Positions 16,056 through 25,263 of a stretch of 32,000 nt of DNA are shown here, piece after piece. This DNA comes from Tannockella kyphosi. Its GTDB lineage: Bacteria > Bacillota_I > Bacilli_A > Erysipelotrichales > Coprobacillaceae. Each line of letters opens with the position of its first letter. Position 1 is the first letter of the stretch. Location of the stretch: NCBI RefSeq assembly GCF_021054785.1, contig NZ_CP088239.1, forward strand, positions 1,140,001 through 1,172,000. The letters are read 5' to 3'. The position numbers were made by a program, and so were the translations under genes. Below the pieces are notes generated by a model. That model saw nothing but the letters and a program-made list of their open reading frames with translations, made no database searches and had not been told where the DNA came from.

Positions 16056-17288
16056 TTATACTCTTTGTCTTCTTTTTATATCAAAACATACATAAATAAC
16101 ACTAATAGTACCTAATGTCATATAGATTAATAAAGAACTATGATCACCAGTATCAACAGTACCCTCTACATCTACTTCATCACTAGCTATAAGTTCTTCC
16201 ACCATAAAAGTAGTGGATGCCTCACCAGTAGTAGAAACAATAGCTAACGTATGTTCACCTAATGATAGATTAAGAATATACTCATTACTAAGAGTAACTA
16301 TAGTACTCCCTTGTTCTAATGATAGATATTGTTCATCTACGATTTGTCCATCTACTAATGTATGTAAATAACTACTAAAAGAAGCATCACTAGTAAATGA
16401 AATCGTATCACTCTTCATTACAGTTTGATTATTTCCTAAAATAATAGAATGATTACCTTCTTCATTTACTACCACAGAAATAGTAACTAAATCTTCAAAT
16501 ATACTACTTGTATATTCTAGAACACCATCTTGATTATCATCGATACCTATTATACTAGCATCAATGACAACTTCTTCTATTTGATCACTTGCATAAAAGA
16601 TACTTCCATCTATTTCTCCTTGTCCAGAAGCAATCGTAAAAACAATATTCTCATAATCAAAATAATCATTTAAATCGATACTTTCCCCTGCACTTACCAT
16701 TAATTCTTGATATTCTAATAAAGAAGAATCGATTGGTAAAATAGAAAAATCTGTTAACACCTCACAACTAGATATTACCGTTCCTTGATAATACTCATCA
16801 GCAACACTTAGAAGTGTATAATCCCCAACATAGTTTGGTACACCTTGAACATAGCAACTATCATCTTGCCCTTGTAACTTATAAGAATATTCTATTTTAA
16901 TAGTTACATCATCACCTATATAATTTTCTTCTTCATAAAAGACAGTAGGTTCTACTGTTTGACCATAATACGTATCCTCTTGTATTACTTCTATATCCAT
17001 TTTACACAAGATATGCAAAGTAGAATCTTTTTGAATACTATAATCTTGTAAAGTATTTCCATCTTCTAATAATTTTCCAGCAAAATATAAAAGCTGATTT
17101 TCTGGTAATATACCTTCTTTATCTTCTATTTTTGCTTTCACATCTTCAATACGATCTGTTGCTTCTACTTCTAATGTAACATGTTTTCCACTGAGTGTTT
17201 TTACAAATATTTGCATTGCATAAGAATCAATGCTAGTACTTACCATCATCATGGCAAATACACTTATTATAATTATTATTTTTTTCAT
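16056..17288 (-). CDS. Secreted, C-terminally anchored surface protein with an N-terminal eukaryotic-type ubiquitin domain
   Basis: - Signal peptide: [24 protein letters not shown].
- Ubiquitin domain: [72 protein letters not shown] follows directly. It aligns without gaps to ubiquitin, with 50 of the first 68 residues identical by hand count.
- Body: about 280 aa of acidic, beta-rich, adhesin-like sequence.
- C-terminus: TVDTGD, a 20-aa hydrophobic stretch, then KRRQRV.
- Start: the ORF-track start at 17306 is a TTG. I prefer the ATG at 17288 (MKK...). Confidence 0.85.
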   Translation of the reverse strand: MKKIIIIISVFAMMMVSTSIDSYAMQIFVKTLSGKHVTLEVEATDRIEDVKAKIEDKEGILPENQLLYFAGKLLEDGNTLQDYSIQKDSTLHILCKMDIEVIQEDTYYGQTVEPTVFYEEENYIGDDVTIKIEYSYKLQGQDDSCYVQGVPNYVGDYTLLSVADEYYQGTVISSCEVLTDFSILPIDSSLLEYQELMVSAGESIDLNDYFDYENIVFTIASGQGEIDGSIFYASDQIEEVVIDASIIGIDDNQDGVLEYTSSIFEDLVTISVVVNEEGNHSIILGNNQTVMKSDTISFTSDASFSSYLHTLVDGQIVDEQYLSLEQGSTIVTLSNEYILNLSLGEHTLAIVSTTGEASTTFMVEELIASDEVDVEGTVDTGDHSSLLIYMTLGTISVIYVCFDIKRRQRV

Positions 17289-17304
17289 TTCATTTACCTT
17301 TACC

Positions 17305-17333
17305 AAAAAGCCCTTTTCTAAGAAAAGAGCTTT
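17305..17333 (-). terminator. Rho-independent terminator after purB (end of the pur operon)
   Basis: On the minus strand the sequence reads GCTCTTTTC-TTA-GAAAAGGGC followed by TTTTTGG. It lies in the 49-nt gap between the purB stop and the ubiquitin-domain gene start. Confidence 0.6.
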
Positions 17334-17337
17334 CTAT

Positions 17338-18717
17338 TTATAATTTTATTTTTGCTAATGCAACTGCATCACCAATATAACTAGCTGGTGACATGTGAAT
17401 TAATACGTCACGATCTTCTGGTGATAATACATCTAATGTTTCAACAAAAGCTAAAATATCTTCTTTTGAAATACTTTTCCCTCTTGTTAATTCCTTTAAT
17501 GTATCATAAGCATCAGAAATACCATATTTACGTAATACTGTTTGAATAGGTTCTGCTAATACTTCCCATTTCCCATCTAAATCACTTGCTACTTTATCAA
17601 CATTTACAACACACTTCGCTAAACCATTTAAAGTTTCACTAATTGCTTGTAAAGAATAACCAAACGCTAATCCTAAATTTCTTTGACTAGAAGAATCAGA
17701 AAGATCACGTTGCATTCTTGATTTAGGTAATTTATTTGATAAAGATACACATAATGAGTTTGATAAATCTACATTTGCTTCACTATTTTCAAAACGAATA
17801 GGATTTACTTTATGAGGCATTGTACTACTTCCTACTTCTCCTTTAACAGGAATTTGTTTGAAGTATTCCATTGAAATATATAACCACATATCTACATCTA
17901 AATCTACTAAAATATTATTAAAATGACGTACACCATCTAAGATATGACAAGTATAATCATGACTTTCAATTTGTGTTGTTAAAGGATTAAATGTTAATCC
18001 TAAATATTCTTCTACAAATTTCTTTGCCATTACTTGCCAATCTACTTGACTAAAACAACTTAAAATAGCACTATAGTTTCCTGTTGCACCATTAAATTTT
18101 GCTTTCATTTCAATAGCTTCTATTTTTTTAATACTTTCTAACATACGATAAGCATATACTTTAAACTCTTTCCCTATTGTAGTAGGTGTTGCCGGTTGCC
18201 CATGAGTATGAGCAAGCATTGCTACACTAGCATGCTCAAAAGCTAACTCATCTAAATGAGTCATCATCTCTTTTGCTTTTGGTAACCAAACTTTATTTAG
18301 CCCATCACGTAACATACATGCATAAGAAGTATTATTAATATCTTCTGAAGTACACCCAATATGTACAAAACTTTGTAAATAATCAAAACCTAATTCTACT
18401 AATTGTTCATCAATAAAGTATTCTACTGCTTTTACATCATGTCTAGTAACTCCTTCAATTTCTTTGATTCTTGCAAAAGAATCATAATTGAAATTATCAC
18501 TAATTGCTTCAATAGAAGCCATCTTACTTTTATCAAATTGTTTTAAAACATCTGATTCCATATTTTCTAATAAAAACTTTAACCATTGAATTTCTACATA
18601 CACACGATATTTAACCAATGCATACTCAGAGAAATAATCTCCTAAAGCTTCTTTTACAAACCCATATCTTCCATCAAGAGGACATAAAGTCATACTTTCA
18701 AATTGTTGTTTATCCAT
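17338..18717 (-). CDS. purB: Adenylosuccinate lyase
   Basis: 459 aa. It belongs to the fumarate-lyase superfamily, with the signature GSSTMPHKVNP, and has a PurB-type C-terminal domain. Confidence 0.95.
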   Translation of the reverse strand: MDKQQFESMTLCPLDGRYGFVKEALGDYFSEYALVKYRVYVEIQWLKFLLENMESDVLKQFDKSKMASIEAISDNFNYDSFARIKEIEGVTRHDVKAVEYFIDEQLVELGFDYLQSFVHIGCTSEDINNTSYACMLRDGLNKVWLPKAKEMMTHLDELAFEHASVAMLAHTHGQPATPTTIGKEFKVYAYRMLESIKKIEAIEMKAKFNGATGNYSAILSCFSQVDWQVMAKKFVEEYLGLTFNPLTTQIESHDYTCHILDGVRHFNNILVDLDVDMWLYISMEYFKQIPVKGEVGSSTMPHKVNPIRFENSEANVDLSNSLCVSLSNKLPKSRMQRDLSDSSSQRNLGLAFGYSLQAISETLNGLAKCVVNVDKVASDLDGKWEVLAEPIQTVLRKYGISDAYDTLKELTRGKSISKEDILAFVETLDVLSPEDRDVLIHMSPASYIGDAVALAKIKL

Positions 18718-18718
18718 T

Positions 18719-21700
18719 TTATTTCGCCCCTTTAAAATAATTTACACCGGCTTCAAATAATTTTTGATCCATTTGTCCATAAATATTTTTAAATCTATTT
18801 TCACCAACACGTTCACTATGTCCCATTTTTCCTAACACACGTCCATTTGTTGATACAATACCTTCAATAGCATACATTGAACCATTTGGATTATAAGGAG
18901 ATACCATCGTTGGTTTTCCATTATTATCAACATATTGGCTAAATACTTGTCCATTTTCAAATAATTGTTCCAATACTTCTTTTGGTGCTACAAAACGTCC
19001 TTCCCCATGACTAATAGCAATAGTATGGATATCACCAACATTAACATTTGTTAACCAAGGTGACTTAACACTACCAATACGTGTATCTACCATTTGTGAT
19101 AAATGACGACCAATCGTATTAAATGTAAGCGTTGGATCTTCACTAGTCATTGTACGAATTTTACCATCAGGTAATAATCCCATTTTTACCAATGCTTGGA
19201 ATCCATTACAAATACCAATCATTAAACCATCACGATTATCTAATAAATCATCAATCGCTGCTTTTAATTTAGGATTACGTAAAACAGTAGCAATAAACTT
19301 ACCAGATCCTTCTGGTTCATCTCCAGCACTAAAACCACCAGGTAACATAACAATATTTGCTTGTTTAATAAGTGTTTCTAATTCATCAATAGAATCATTT
19401 AACATTTGTGATGTTTTATTACGAATTAATACTAACTCTACTTTCGCACCTGCACGTTCAAAAGCACGTTTCGAATCATACTCACAGTTTGTTCCTGGGA
19501 ATACAGGAATTACTACTAGAGGTGTTTCTACTATTACTTTTGCTTGTAAAGGATTCTTTTCCATACAGTTAGCCACTTTACTTTCTTTAGTAGGAGCTAC
19601 TTGTGTAGTTGGATAGATTTCTTCTAATGTATTTGTATGGCAAGCATATAAATCAGTTAAGCTAATTGATTGTCCTGCATAAGATACAAAACTTTCATCA
19701 CTTGATGTACCAACAATACGATAATCACAAATAGTAGTTAAATCACGAATATTTTTAACTTCAACAACTATATTTCCATAATCTTTTTGTAAGAAACTTT
19801 CTAAAGTCTCTTCACTATTTAAAACTACTCCAATATCATTACCAAAAGCCATTTTACTTACAGCTTCTAATACTCCACCAGATTTTACAGTATAAGCACT
19901 ATATATTTTACCTGCACTCATTAAATCTTTTATTTCATTATATTGATGCTTCACTTGATCAAAATCAAAAGCAAAGAAATCATCTTTCTTTAACTGAATT
20001 TCAGCTAAAATATGTCCAGATTCTTTTAATTCAGGTGAAATAATATGATCTACTTCACTAGGAGCAATAGCAAAAGAAACTAATGTAGGTGGAACATTTA
20101 ATTCTTCAAAAGTTCCAGACATACTGTCTTTACCACCAATAGATGCTAAACACATTTCTTTTTGAACACGATATGCACCTAACAAAGAAGCCATTGGTTT
20201 TCCCCATTTTGTAGGACAATCTAATAACTTTTCAAAATATTCTTGGAAAGAGAAACGGATTTTTGTATAATCTCCACCCATTGCAACTATTTTACTCATT
20301 GATTCTACGATTGCATACATAGCCCCATGATATGGTGACCATGATGAAATGATAGGATCATATCCATGAGCAAATAAAGATGCAGTCGTTGTTTCTTTTC
20401 CTAAAACAGGAATTAATGCTGCCATTCCTTCTGTTTCTGTTCTTAATGTTTTTCCTCCAAATGGAGATAAAACAGTACCATTTCCAATAGAAGAATCAAA
20501 ACGTTCTACTAATCCTTTTTGACTAGCAATATTCAAACTACTCATTGTATCTTTTATTGTTGTAACAAAGTCTTTTGAAGCACTAGCAACAAATGGATGA
20601 TTATCAAAATCTGGTAATTCAATTTTAATATCTTGATAACGACTAGCTCCCGCTGCATCCACAAAATCCCTAGAAATATTAACAATATCTTTTCCTAAGT
20701 GTTTCATTATTAAACGTTTTTCTTCTGTTACAGTCGCAACACGTACAACCTCTAAGTTTTCTTTATGACATTCTTCCATGATAAAAGCTTCATCGCTTTC
20801 TTCAATAACAATAGCCATACGTTCTTGAGATTCACTAATCGCTAATTCCGATCCAGTTAAACCATCATATTTCTTTAATACAGCATCTAAATTAATAACT
20901 AGTCCATCTGCTAATTCACCAACTGCAACACATACTCCACCTGCTCCAAAGTCATTACAACGAACAATTTTATTAGAAACTTCTGCATTTCTAAATAAAC
21001 GTTGAATTTTTCTTTCTTCAACAGGATTTCCTTTTTGAACTTCAGCACCTGCAGTTTCAATCGATTTTAAATCATGTGATTTAGAAGAACCTGTCGCTCC
21101 TCCAACACCATCACGACCAGTACGACCACCTAATAATAAGACAATATGACCATCTAATGGTTCTAATCTTTTTACTTGATGTTTTGGAGCAGCTGCTACA
21201 ACAGCCCCTAACTCCATACGTTTTGCAACATAACCTTCATCATAAATCTCTTTTACATAACCAGTAGTTAAACCAATTTGATTTCCATAAGATGAGAATC
21301 CATGAGCTGATTCTTGGCAAATTTTACGTTGTGGCAACTTCCCTGAAATAGTGTTTTCATAACTATTACGTGGATCTCCTGCACCAGTAATACGCATTGA
21401 TTGATATACATAAGCACGTCCAGATAATGGATCACGAATTGCTCCACCTAAACATGTTGCAGCTCCACCAAATGGTTCTATTTCGGTAGGATGATTATGA
21501 GTTTCGTTTTTGAACATTAATAACCATTGTTCTTCACCCATATTTGTTTTTACAGTAATTTCAATAGAACAAGCATTAATTTCTTTCGATACTTCTAAAT
21601 CATCTAAATATCCTGTTTTACGTAATTCTTTCATTGAAATAGTAGCTAAATCCATTAAAGTAAGCGGTCTTGTTGTTTCTAGACCATAAACCATATGTCT

Positions 21701-22468
21701 ACTTGTTTTATATGCTTCTATATCTTTTTCTAAAACTTCTTTAAAAGCACCATTTTCTACTTCTAAATTAGTAATAATTGTCGCAAACGTAGTATGACGA
21801 CAATGATCAGACCAATAAGTATCTAATACTTTTAATTCAGTTTCTGTTGGATCTCTTTTTTCTTCATTTTTAAAGTAATCTTGTGTAACTTTTAAATCTT
21901 CATAAGACATAGCCATTCCATTATCTTTTAAGAAACTCATTAATTGTTCTTCTTTAAAACAAACAAATCCTGTAATTGTTGGTACAGGTAAAACAACTGG
22001 AGATTCAGTTTCTAATGTATTTGGTTTTTCTAAAGAAGCTAATCTTTGATCAACTGGATTAATGATATATTTTTGAATACGATCAATAGCATCTTGAGAT
22101 ACTTTTAAAGCAAATACACGAGCACATTTTACTTTTGTTTCTTCATTTCCTGTTAAGATTTGGAAGCATTGTTCACATGAATCCGCTCTTTGATCATATT
22201 GACCAGGTAAGTATTCAATTGCAAATACAACATAACCTTCTAAATCAATTACTTCATCATAAACATTATCTACCATTGGCTCTGCTAAAATAGTTTCAAT
22301 TCCTTGTGTTAATAACTCCTCACTAACCCCAGAAACATCATAACGATGAATAATTCGTAATGCATCTAATTCAACATTTAAATGTTGAATTAGTGTGTGT
22401 TGTAATTCTTTTGCTTCAGTAGCATATTGTGTTTTCTTTTCTACATAAATACGTCGTACTTGTACCAT
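18719..22468 (-). CDS. purL: Phosphoribosylformylglycinamidine synthase, single-chain (PurS-PurL-PurQ fused) type
   Basis: 1249 aa. The N-terminus is PurS-like. The FGAM synthetase core carries ETHNHPTEIEPFGGAATxxGGxIRD. The C-terminal glutaminase carries GICNGFQ and HGEGRF. Confidence 0.95.
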   Translation of the reverse strand: MVQVRRIYVEKKTQYATEAKELQHTLIQHLNVELDALRIIHRYDVSGVSEELLTQGIETILAEPMVDNVYDEVIDLEGYVVFAIEYLPGQYDQRADSCEQCFQILTGNEETKVKCARVFALKVSQDAIDRIQKYIINPVDQRLASLEKPNTLETESPVVLPVPTITGFVCFKEEQLMSFLKDNGMAMSYEDLKVTQDYFKNEEKRDPTETELKVLDTYWSDHCRHTTFATIITNLEVENGAFKEVLEKDIEAYKTSRHMVYGLETTRPLTLMDLATISMKELRKTGYLDDLEVSKEINACSIEITVKTNMGEEQWLLMFKNETHNHPTEIEPFGGAATCLGGAIRDPLSGRAYVYQSMRITGAGDPRNSYENTISGKLPQRKICQESAHGFSSYGNQIGLTTGYVKEIYDEGYVAKRMELGAVVAAAPKHQVKRLEPLDGHIVLLLGGRTGRDGVGGATGSSKSHDLKSIETAGAEVQKGNPVEERKIQRLFRNAEVSNKIVRCNDFGAGGVCVAVGELADGLVINLDAVLKKYDGLTGSELAISESQERMAIVIEESDEAFIMEECHKENLEVVRVATVTEEKRLIMKHLGKDIVNISRDFVDAAGASRYQDIKIELPDFDNHPFVASASKDFVTTIKDTMSSLNIASQKGLVERFDSSIGNGTVLSPFGGKTLRTETEGMAALIPVLGKETTTASLFAHGYDPIISSWSPYHGAMYAIVESMSKIVAMGGDYTKIRFSFQEYFEKLLDCPTKWGKPMASLLGAYRVQKEMCLASIGGKDSMSGTFEELNVPPTLVSFAIAPSEVDHIISPELKESGHILAEIQLKKDDFFAFDFDQVKHQYNEIKDLMSAGKIYSAYTVKSGGVLEAVSKMAFGNDIGVVLNSEETLESFLQKDYGNIVVEVKNIRDLTTICDYRIVGTSSDESFVSYAGQSISLTDLYACHTNTLEEIYPTTQVAPTKESKVANCMEKNPLQAKVIVETPLVVIPVFPGTNCEYDSKRAFERAGAKVELVLIRNKTSQMLNDSIDELETLIKQANIVMLPGGFSAGDEPEGSGKFIATVLRNPKLKAAIDDLLDNRDGLMIGICNGFQALVKMGLLPDGKIRTMTSEDPTLTFNTIGRHLSQMVDTRIGSVKSPWLTNVNVGDIHTIAISHGEGRFVAPKEVLEQLFENGQVFSQYVDNNGKPTMVSPYNPNGSMYAIEGIVSTNGRVLGKMGHSERVGENRFKNIYGQMDQKLFEAGVNYFKGAK

Positions 22469-22478
22469 AATTGCCTCC

Positions 22479-23729
22479 TTATATTAATCCAATATCATGA
22501 CGGTAATATTTGCCAACAAAATCAATAGTTTCTGCTTTTTTATAAACTTTCTCACGAACTTCTTCTAATGAAGAACCAGTTGCTAAAATATTTAAAACAC
22601 GGCCTCCATTTGTTACTAATTTACCATTATCCATATTTGTTCCAGCATGGAATATAATTGTATCTTGGTCATCTTGGTAATTTGTGATTTCAATACCTTT
22701 TTGATAATCACCAGGATATCCTCCACTTGATAATACTAAACAAGCAACATGTTCATTTGACCATTTCACTTCTACTTCATCTAATGTTTTGTTTGCACAC
22801 GCAACCATTATATCATATAAATCACTTTCTAAACGCATTAAAATTGATTGTGTTTCAGGATCTCCAAAACGAACATTAAATTCTAATACTTTTGCTTCAT
22901 TATTTTCAATCATTAACCCTATAAAAATAACTCCACGATAATCCATATTATCATCCACTAATCCTTGCATAAAAGGATCTAACACAGTTTCTTTAATAAC
23001 TTCATCCATACTATCTGGTAAAAAAGGATTAGGAGAAACAGTCCCCATACCTCCTGTATTTGGACCCATATTTCCATCAAAAATTTGTTTATGATCTTTT
23101 GAACTTACCATTGGTACAATTGTTTTTCCATCAACAAAACATAATAAAGAACACTCAAAACCAGTTAAAAACTCTTCTAATACTACTTTTGAACCTGCTC
23201 CATCTAAAATACCATCTATTAACATCTCTTTTAATGTTACAATAGCGTCTTCTTTGTTTTCAACAATAACTACCCCTTTACCAGCAGCTAAACCATCTGC
23301 TTTAATAACTAATGGATAACTATAGTTATCTAATGCTTTGATAGCATGATCATAATCAGTTACTTCATCATACTTAGCAGTAGGAATATGGTGACGAATC
23401 ATAAAATCTTTTGAAAAAGCTTTACTTCCTTCTAAAGTAGCAGCATGTTGTGTTGGTCCAAAAGCAACTAAGTTATTTGCTTCTAATAAATCTGCTAACC
23501 CATTACATAATGGTACCTCTGGTCCAATTACTGTTAAATCAATTTTATGTTTTAAAGCAAAATCTAGAATAAATTGATTATCTTCTACTGATCCTGGTAC
23601 ACATGTTCCCATACTACTAATCCCAGGGTTACCTGGAATAGCATATATTTCATTTACTTTTTGACTTTGGTTTAATTTATAAGCAATCGCATGTTCACGA
23701 CCACCACTTCCAATTATTAATACTTTCAT
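22479..23729 (-). CDS. purD: Phosphoribosylamine--glycine ligase
   Basis: The true start is MKVLIIGSGGREHAIAYK (ATG at 23727-23729) with a GGAG RBS 6 nt upstream. The 45-codon N-terminal extension in the ORF track overlaps purH and has no similarity. An ATP-grasp domain is present. Confidence 0.93.
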   Translation of the reverse strand: MKVLIIGSGGREHAIAYKLNQSQKVNEIYAIPGNPGISSMGTCVPGSVEDNQFILDFALKHKIDLTVIGPEVPLCNGLADLLEANNLVAFGPTQHAATLEGSKAFSKDFMIRHHIPTAKYDEVTDYDHAIKALDNYSYPLVIKADGLAAGKGVVIVENKEDAIVTLKEMLIDGILDGAGSKVVLEEFLTGFECSLLCFVDGKTIVPMVSSKDHKQIFDGNMGPNTGGMGTVSPNPFLPDSMDEVIKETVLDPFMQGLVDDNMDYRGVIFIGLMIENNEAKVLEFNVRFGDPETQSILMRLESDLYDIMVACANKTLDEVEVKWSNEHVACLVLSSGGYPGDYQKGIEITNYQDDQDTIIFHAGTNMDNGKLVTNGGRVLNILATGSSLEEVREKVYKKAETIDFVGKYYRHDIGLI

Positions 23730-23739
23730 CGTTTTTCTC

Positions 23740-25263
23740 CTAATGTCTAAAATGACGATATCCTGTAAACACCATTGGTAAATCATGTTCATTACAATAA
23801 TCAATAGAATCTTGATCACGAACAGAACCACCTGGTTGAATAATAGCACTAACTCCTGCTTCATGTGCTACTTTAGCACAATCATTGAATGGGAAGAAGG
23901 CATCACTTGCAAGTACTGAATTTGTAAAGTCTTTATCTGGATTGTTATGGATTGCATTTTCTAAAGCCCAAATACGTGATGTTTGACCACCACCAATCGC
24001 TAATGTTACACCATCTTTTACAATACAAATAGCATTTGATTTAACAAATTTAACAACACGCATACCAAATTCCATATCACTTAATTGTGCTTCATTTGGT
24101 TCTTTATTTGTTACAACATTCATTTCTTGAATCATTTGATCATTAATATCTTGAACTAATACTTTTCCTTCTAAATACTTAATATCATATTTTGCTTCAC
24201 GTACTGATAAATCTTTTAATTTTAAAATACGTAAATTTTTCTTTTTCTTTAATACTTCTAACCCTGCTTCACTAAAGCTAGGTGCTGCAACGATTTCTAA
24301 GAATGTTTTATTCATTTCGATTGCTGTTGCTTCGTCTATTTCATAATTTACAGCTACAATACCACCAAAGATAGATTGAGGATCTGCATTATACGCTTTC
24401 ATATAAGAATCATAACCTGTTTTATCAATAGCTACACCACAAGGTGTAGAATGTTTAATTGCTGCTGTTACTACTTGTCCATCAAACTCACGAACCAAAG
24501 CAACTGCCCCATATAAATCATTTACATTATTAAAAGAAATTTCTTTTCCATGTAATTGATCATAATCTAATAAAGTATGTTGTACAAAAGGATCTACATA
24601 ATTACTAGCATTTTGATGAGAGTTTTCACCATAACGCAAAGAGTCTGTTTTCTTTAATGTTAAGTTTAATGTTTCAGGATAGCTATCTCCTACAACACCT
24701 GCAAAATAACGAGAAATAATAGCATCATAACTACCAGTAGCACTAAATGCTTTATAAGCTAAATTTAAACGGAATTCATAAGTATCTTTACTATCTTTTA
24801 GAACTTCTATTACATCATTGTAATCACTTGGATCCGTTACAATTAATACATCTTTAAAGTTTTTTGCAGCCGAACGAATCATTGAAGGTCCACCAATATC
24901 AATATTTTCAATCATATCTTCCATCGGTTTACCAGCTTTTAAAGCTTTTTCAAACTCATATAAATTAACACACACTAAATCAATTGCTTCAATCCCATGT
25001 TCTTTCACCGTTTCAACATGACTAGCAAGATCACGACGATACAACAATCCCCCATGAATTAATGGGTGTAATGTTTTTACACGACCATCTAACATTTCTG
25101 GAAAATTGGTTACTTCATCAATTGATTTACAAGCAATCCCATGTTCTACTAATTGAGCCATAGTTCCTCCAGTAGAAATAATTTCAAAATCTAAAGCAAC
25201 TAACTCCTTAGCAAACTCAACAATTCCTGCTTTATTAGTAACACTAATTAACGCTCTTTTCAT
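23740..25263 (-). CDS. purH: Bifunctional AICAR transformylase / IMP cyclohydrolase
   Basis: 507 aa. The N-terminus is MGS-like (ALISVTNKAGIVEFAKEL, STGGT). The C-terminal AICARFT domain ends in RHFRH. Confidence 0.97.
   Translation of the reverse strand: MKRALISVTNKAGIVEFAKELVALDFEIISTGGTMAQLVEHGIACKSIDEVTNFPEMLDGRVKTLHPLIHGGLLYRRDLASHVETVKEHGIEAIDLVCVNLYEFEKALKAGKPMEDMIENIDIGGPSMIRSAAKNFKDVLIVTDPSDYNDVIEVLKDSKDTYEFRLNLAYKAFSATGSYDAIISRYFAGVVGDSYPETLNLTLKKTDSLRYGENSHQNASNYVDPFVQHTLLDYDQLHGKEISFNNVNDLYGAVALVREFDGQVVTAAIKHSTPCGVAIDKTGYDSYMKAYNADPQSIFGGIVAVNYEIDEATAIEMNKTFLEIVAAPSFSEAGLEVLKKKKNLRILKLKDLSVREAKYDIKYLEGKVLVQDINDQMIQEMNVVTNKEPNEAQLSDMEFGMRVVKFVKSNAICIVKDGVTLAIGGGQTSRIWALENAIHNNPDKDFTNSVLASDAFFPFNDCAKVAHEAGVSAIIQPGGSVRDQDSIDYCNEHDLPMVFTGYRHFRH

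Noticed and set aside
16998-17216. Interpreting the ubiquitin-like segment as an ordinary prokaryotic beta-grasp protein (ThiS, MoaD or a defence-system Ubl).
   Set aside because: Those families share fold but little sequence with ubiquitin and end in Gly-Gly. Here identity to ubiquitin is about three quarters over the core. There is no Gly-Gly, and no E1, E2 or JAB gene lies nearby.
15930-17340. A mobile element or genomic island carrying the ubiquitin-domain gene.
   Set aside because: I see no integrase, transposase, tRNA attachment site or flanking direct or inverted repeats, and the composition looks host-like. Only the insertion-like context is reported.
23730-23864. A 45-codon N-terminal extension of purD in the ORF track (MKQELVLLFNQ...).
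   Set aside because: It overlaps the 3' end of purH and is hydrophobic nonsense with no homology. The canonical PurD N-terminus MKVLIIGSGGREHA starts at 23729 with a GGAG RBS.
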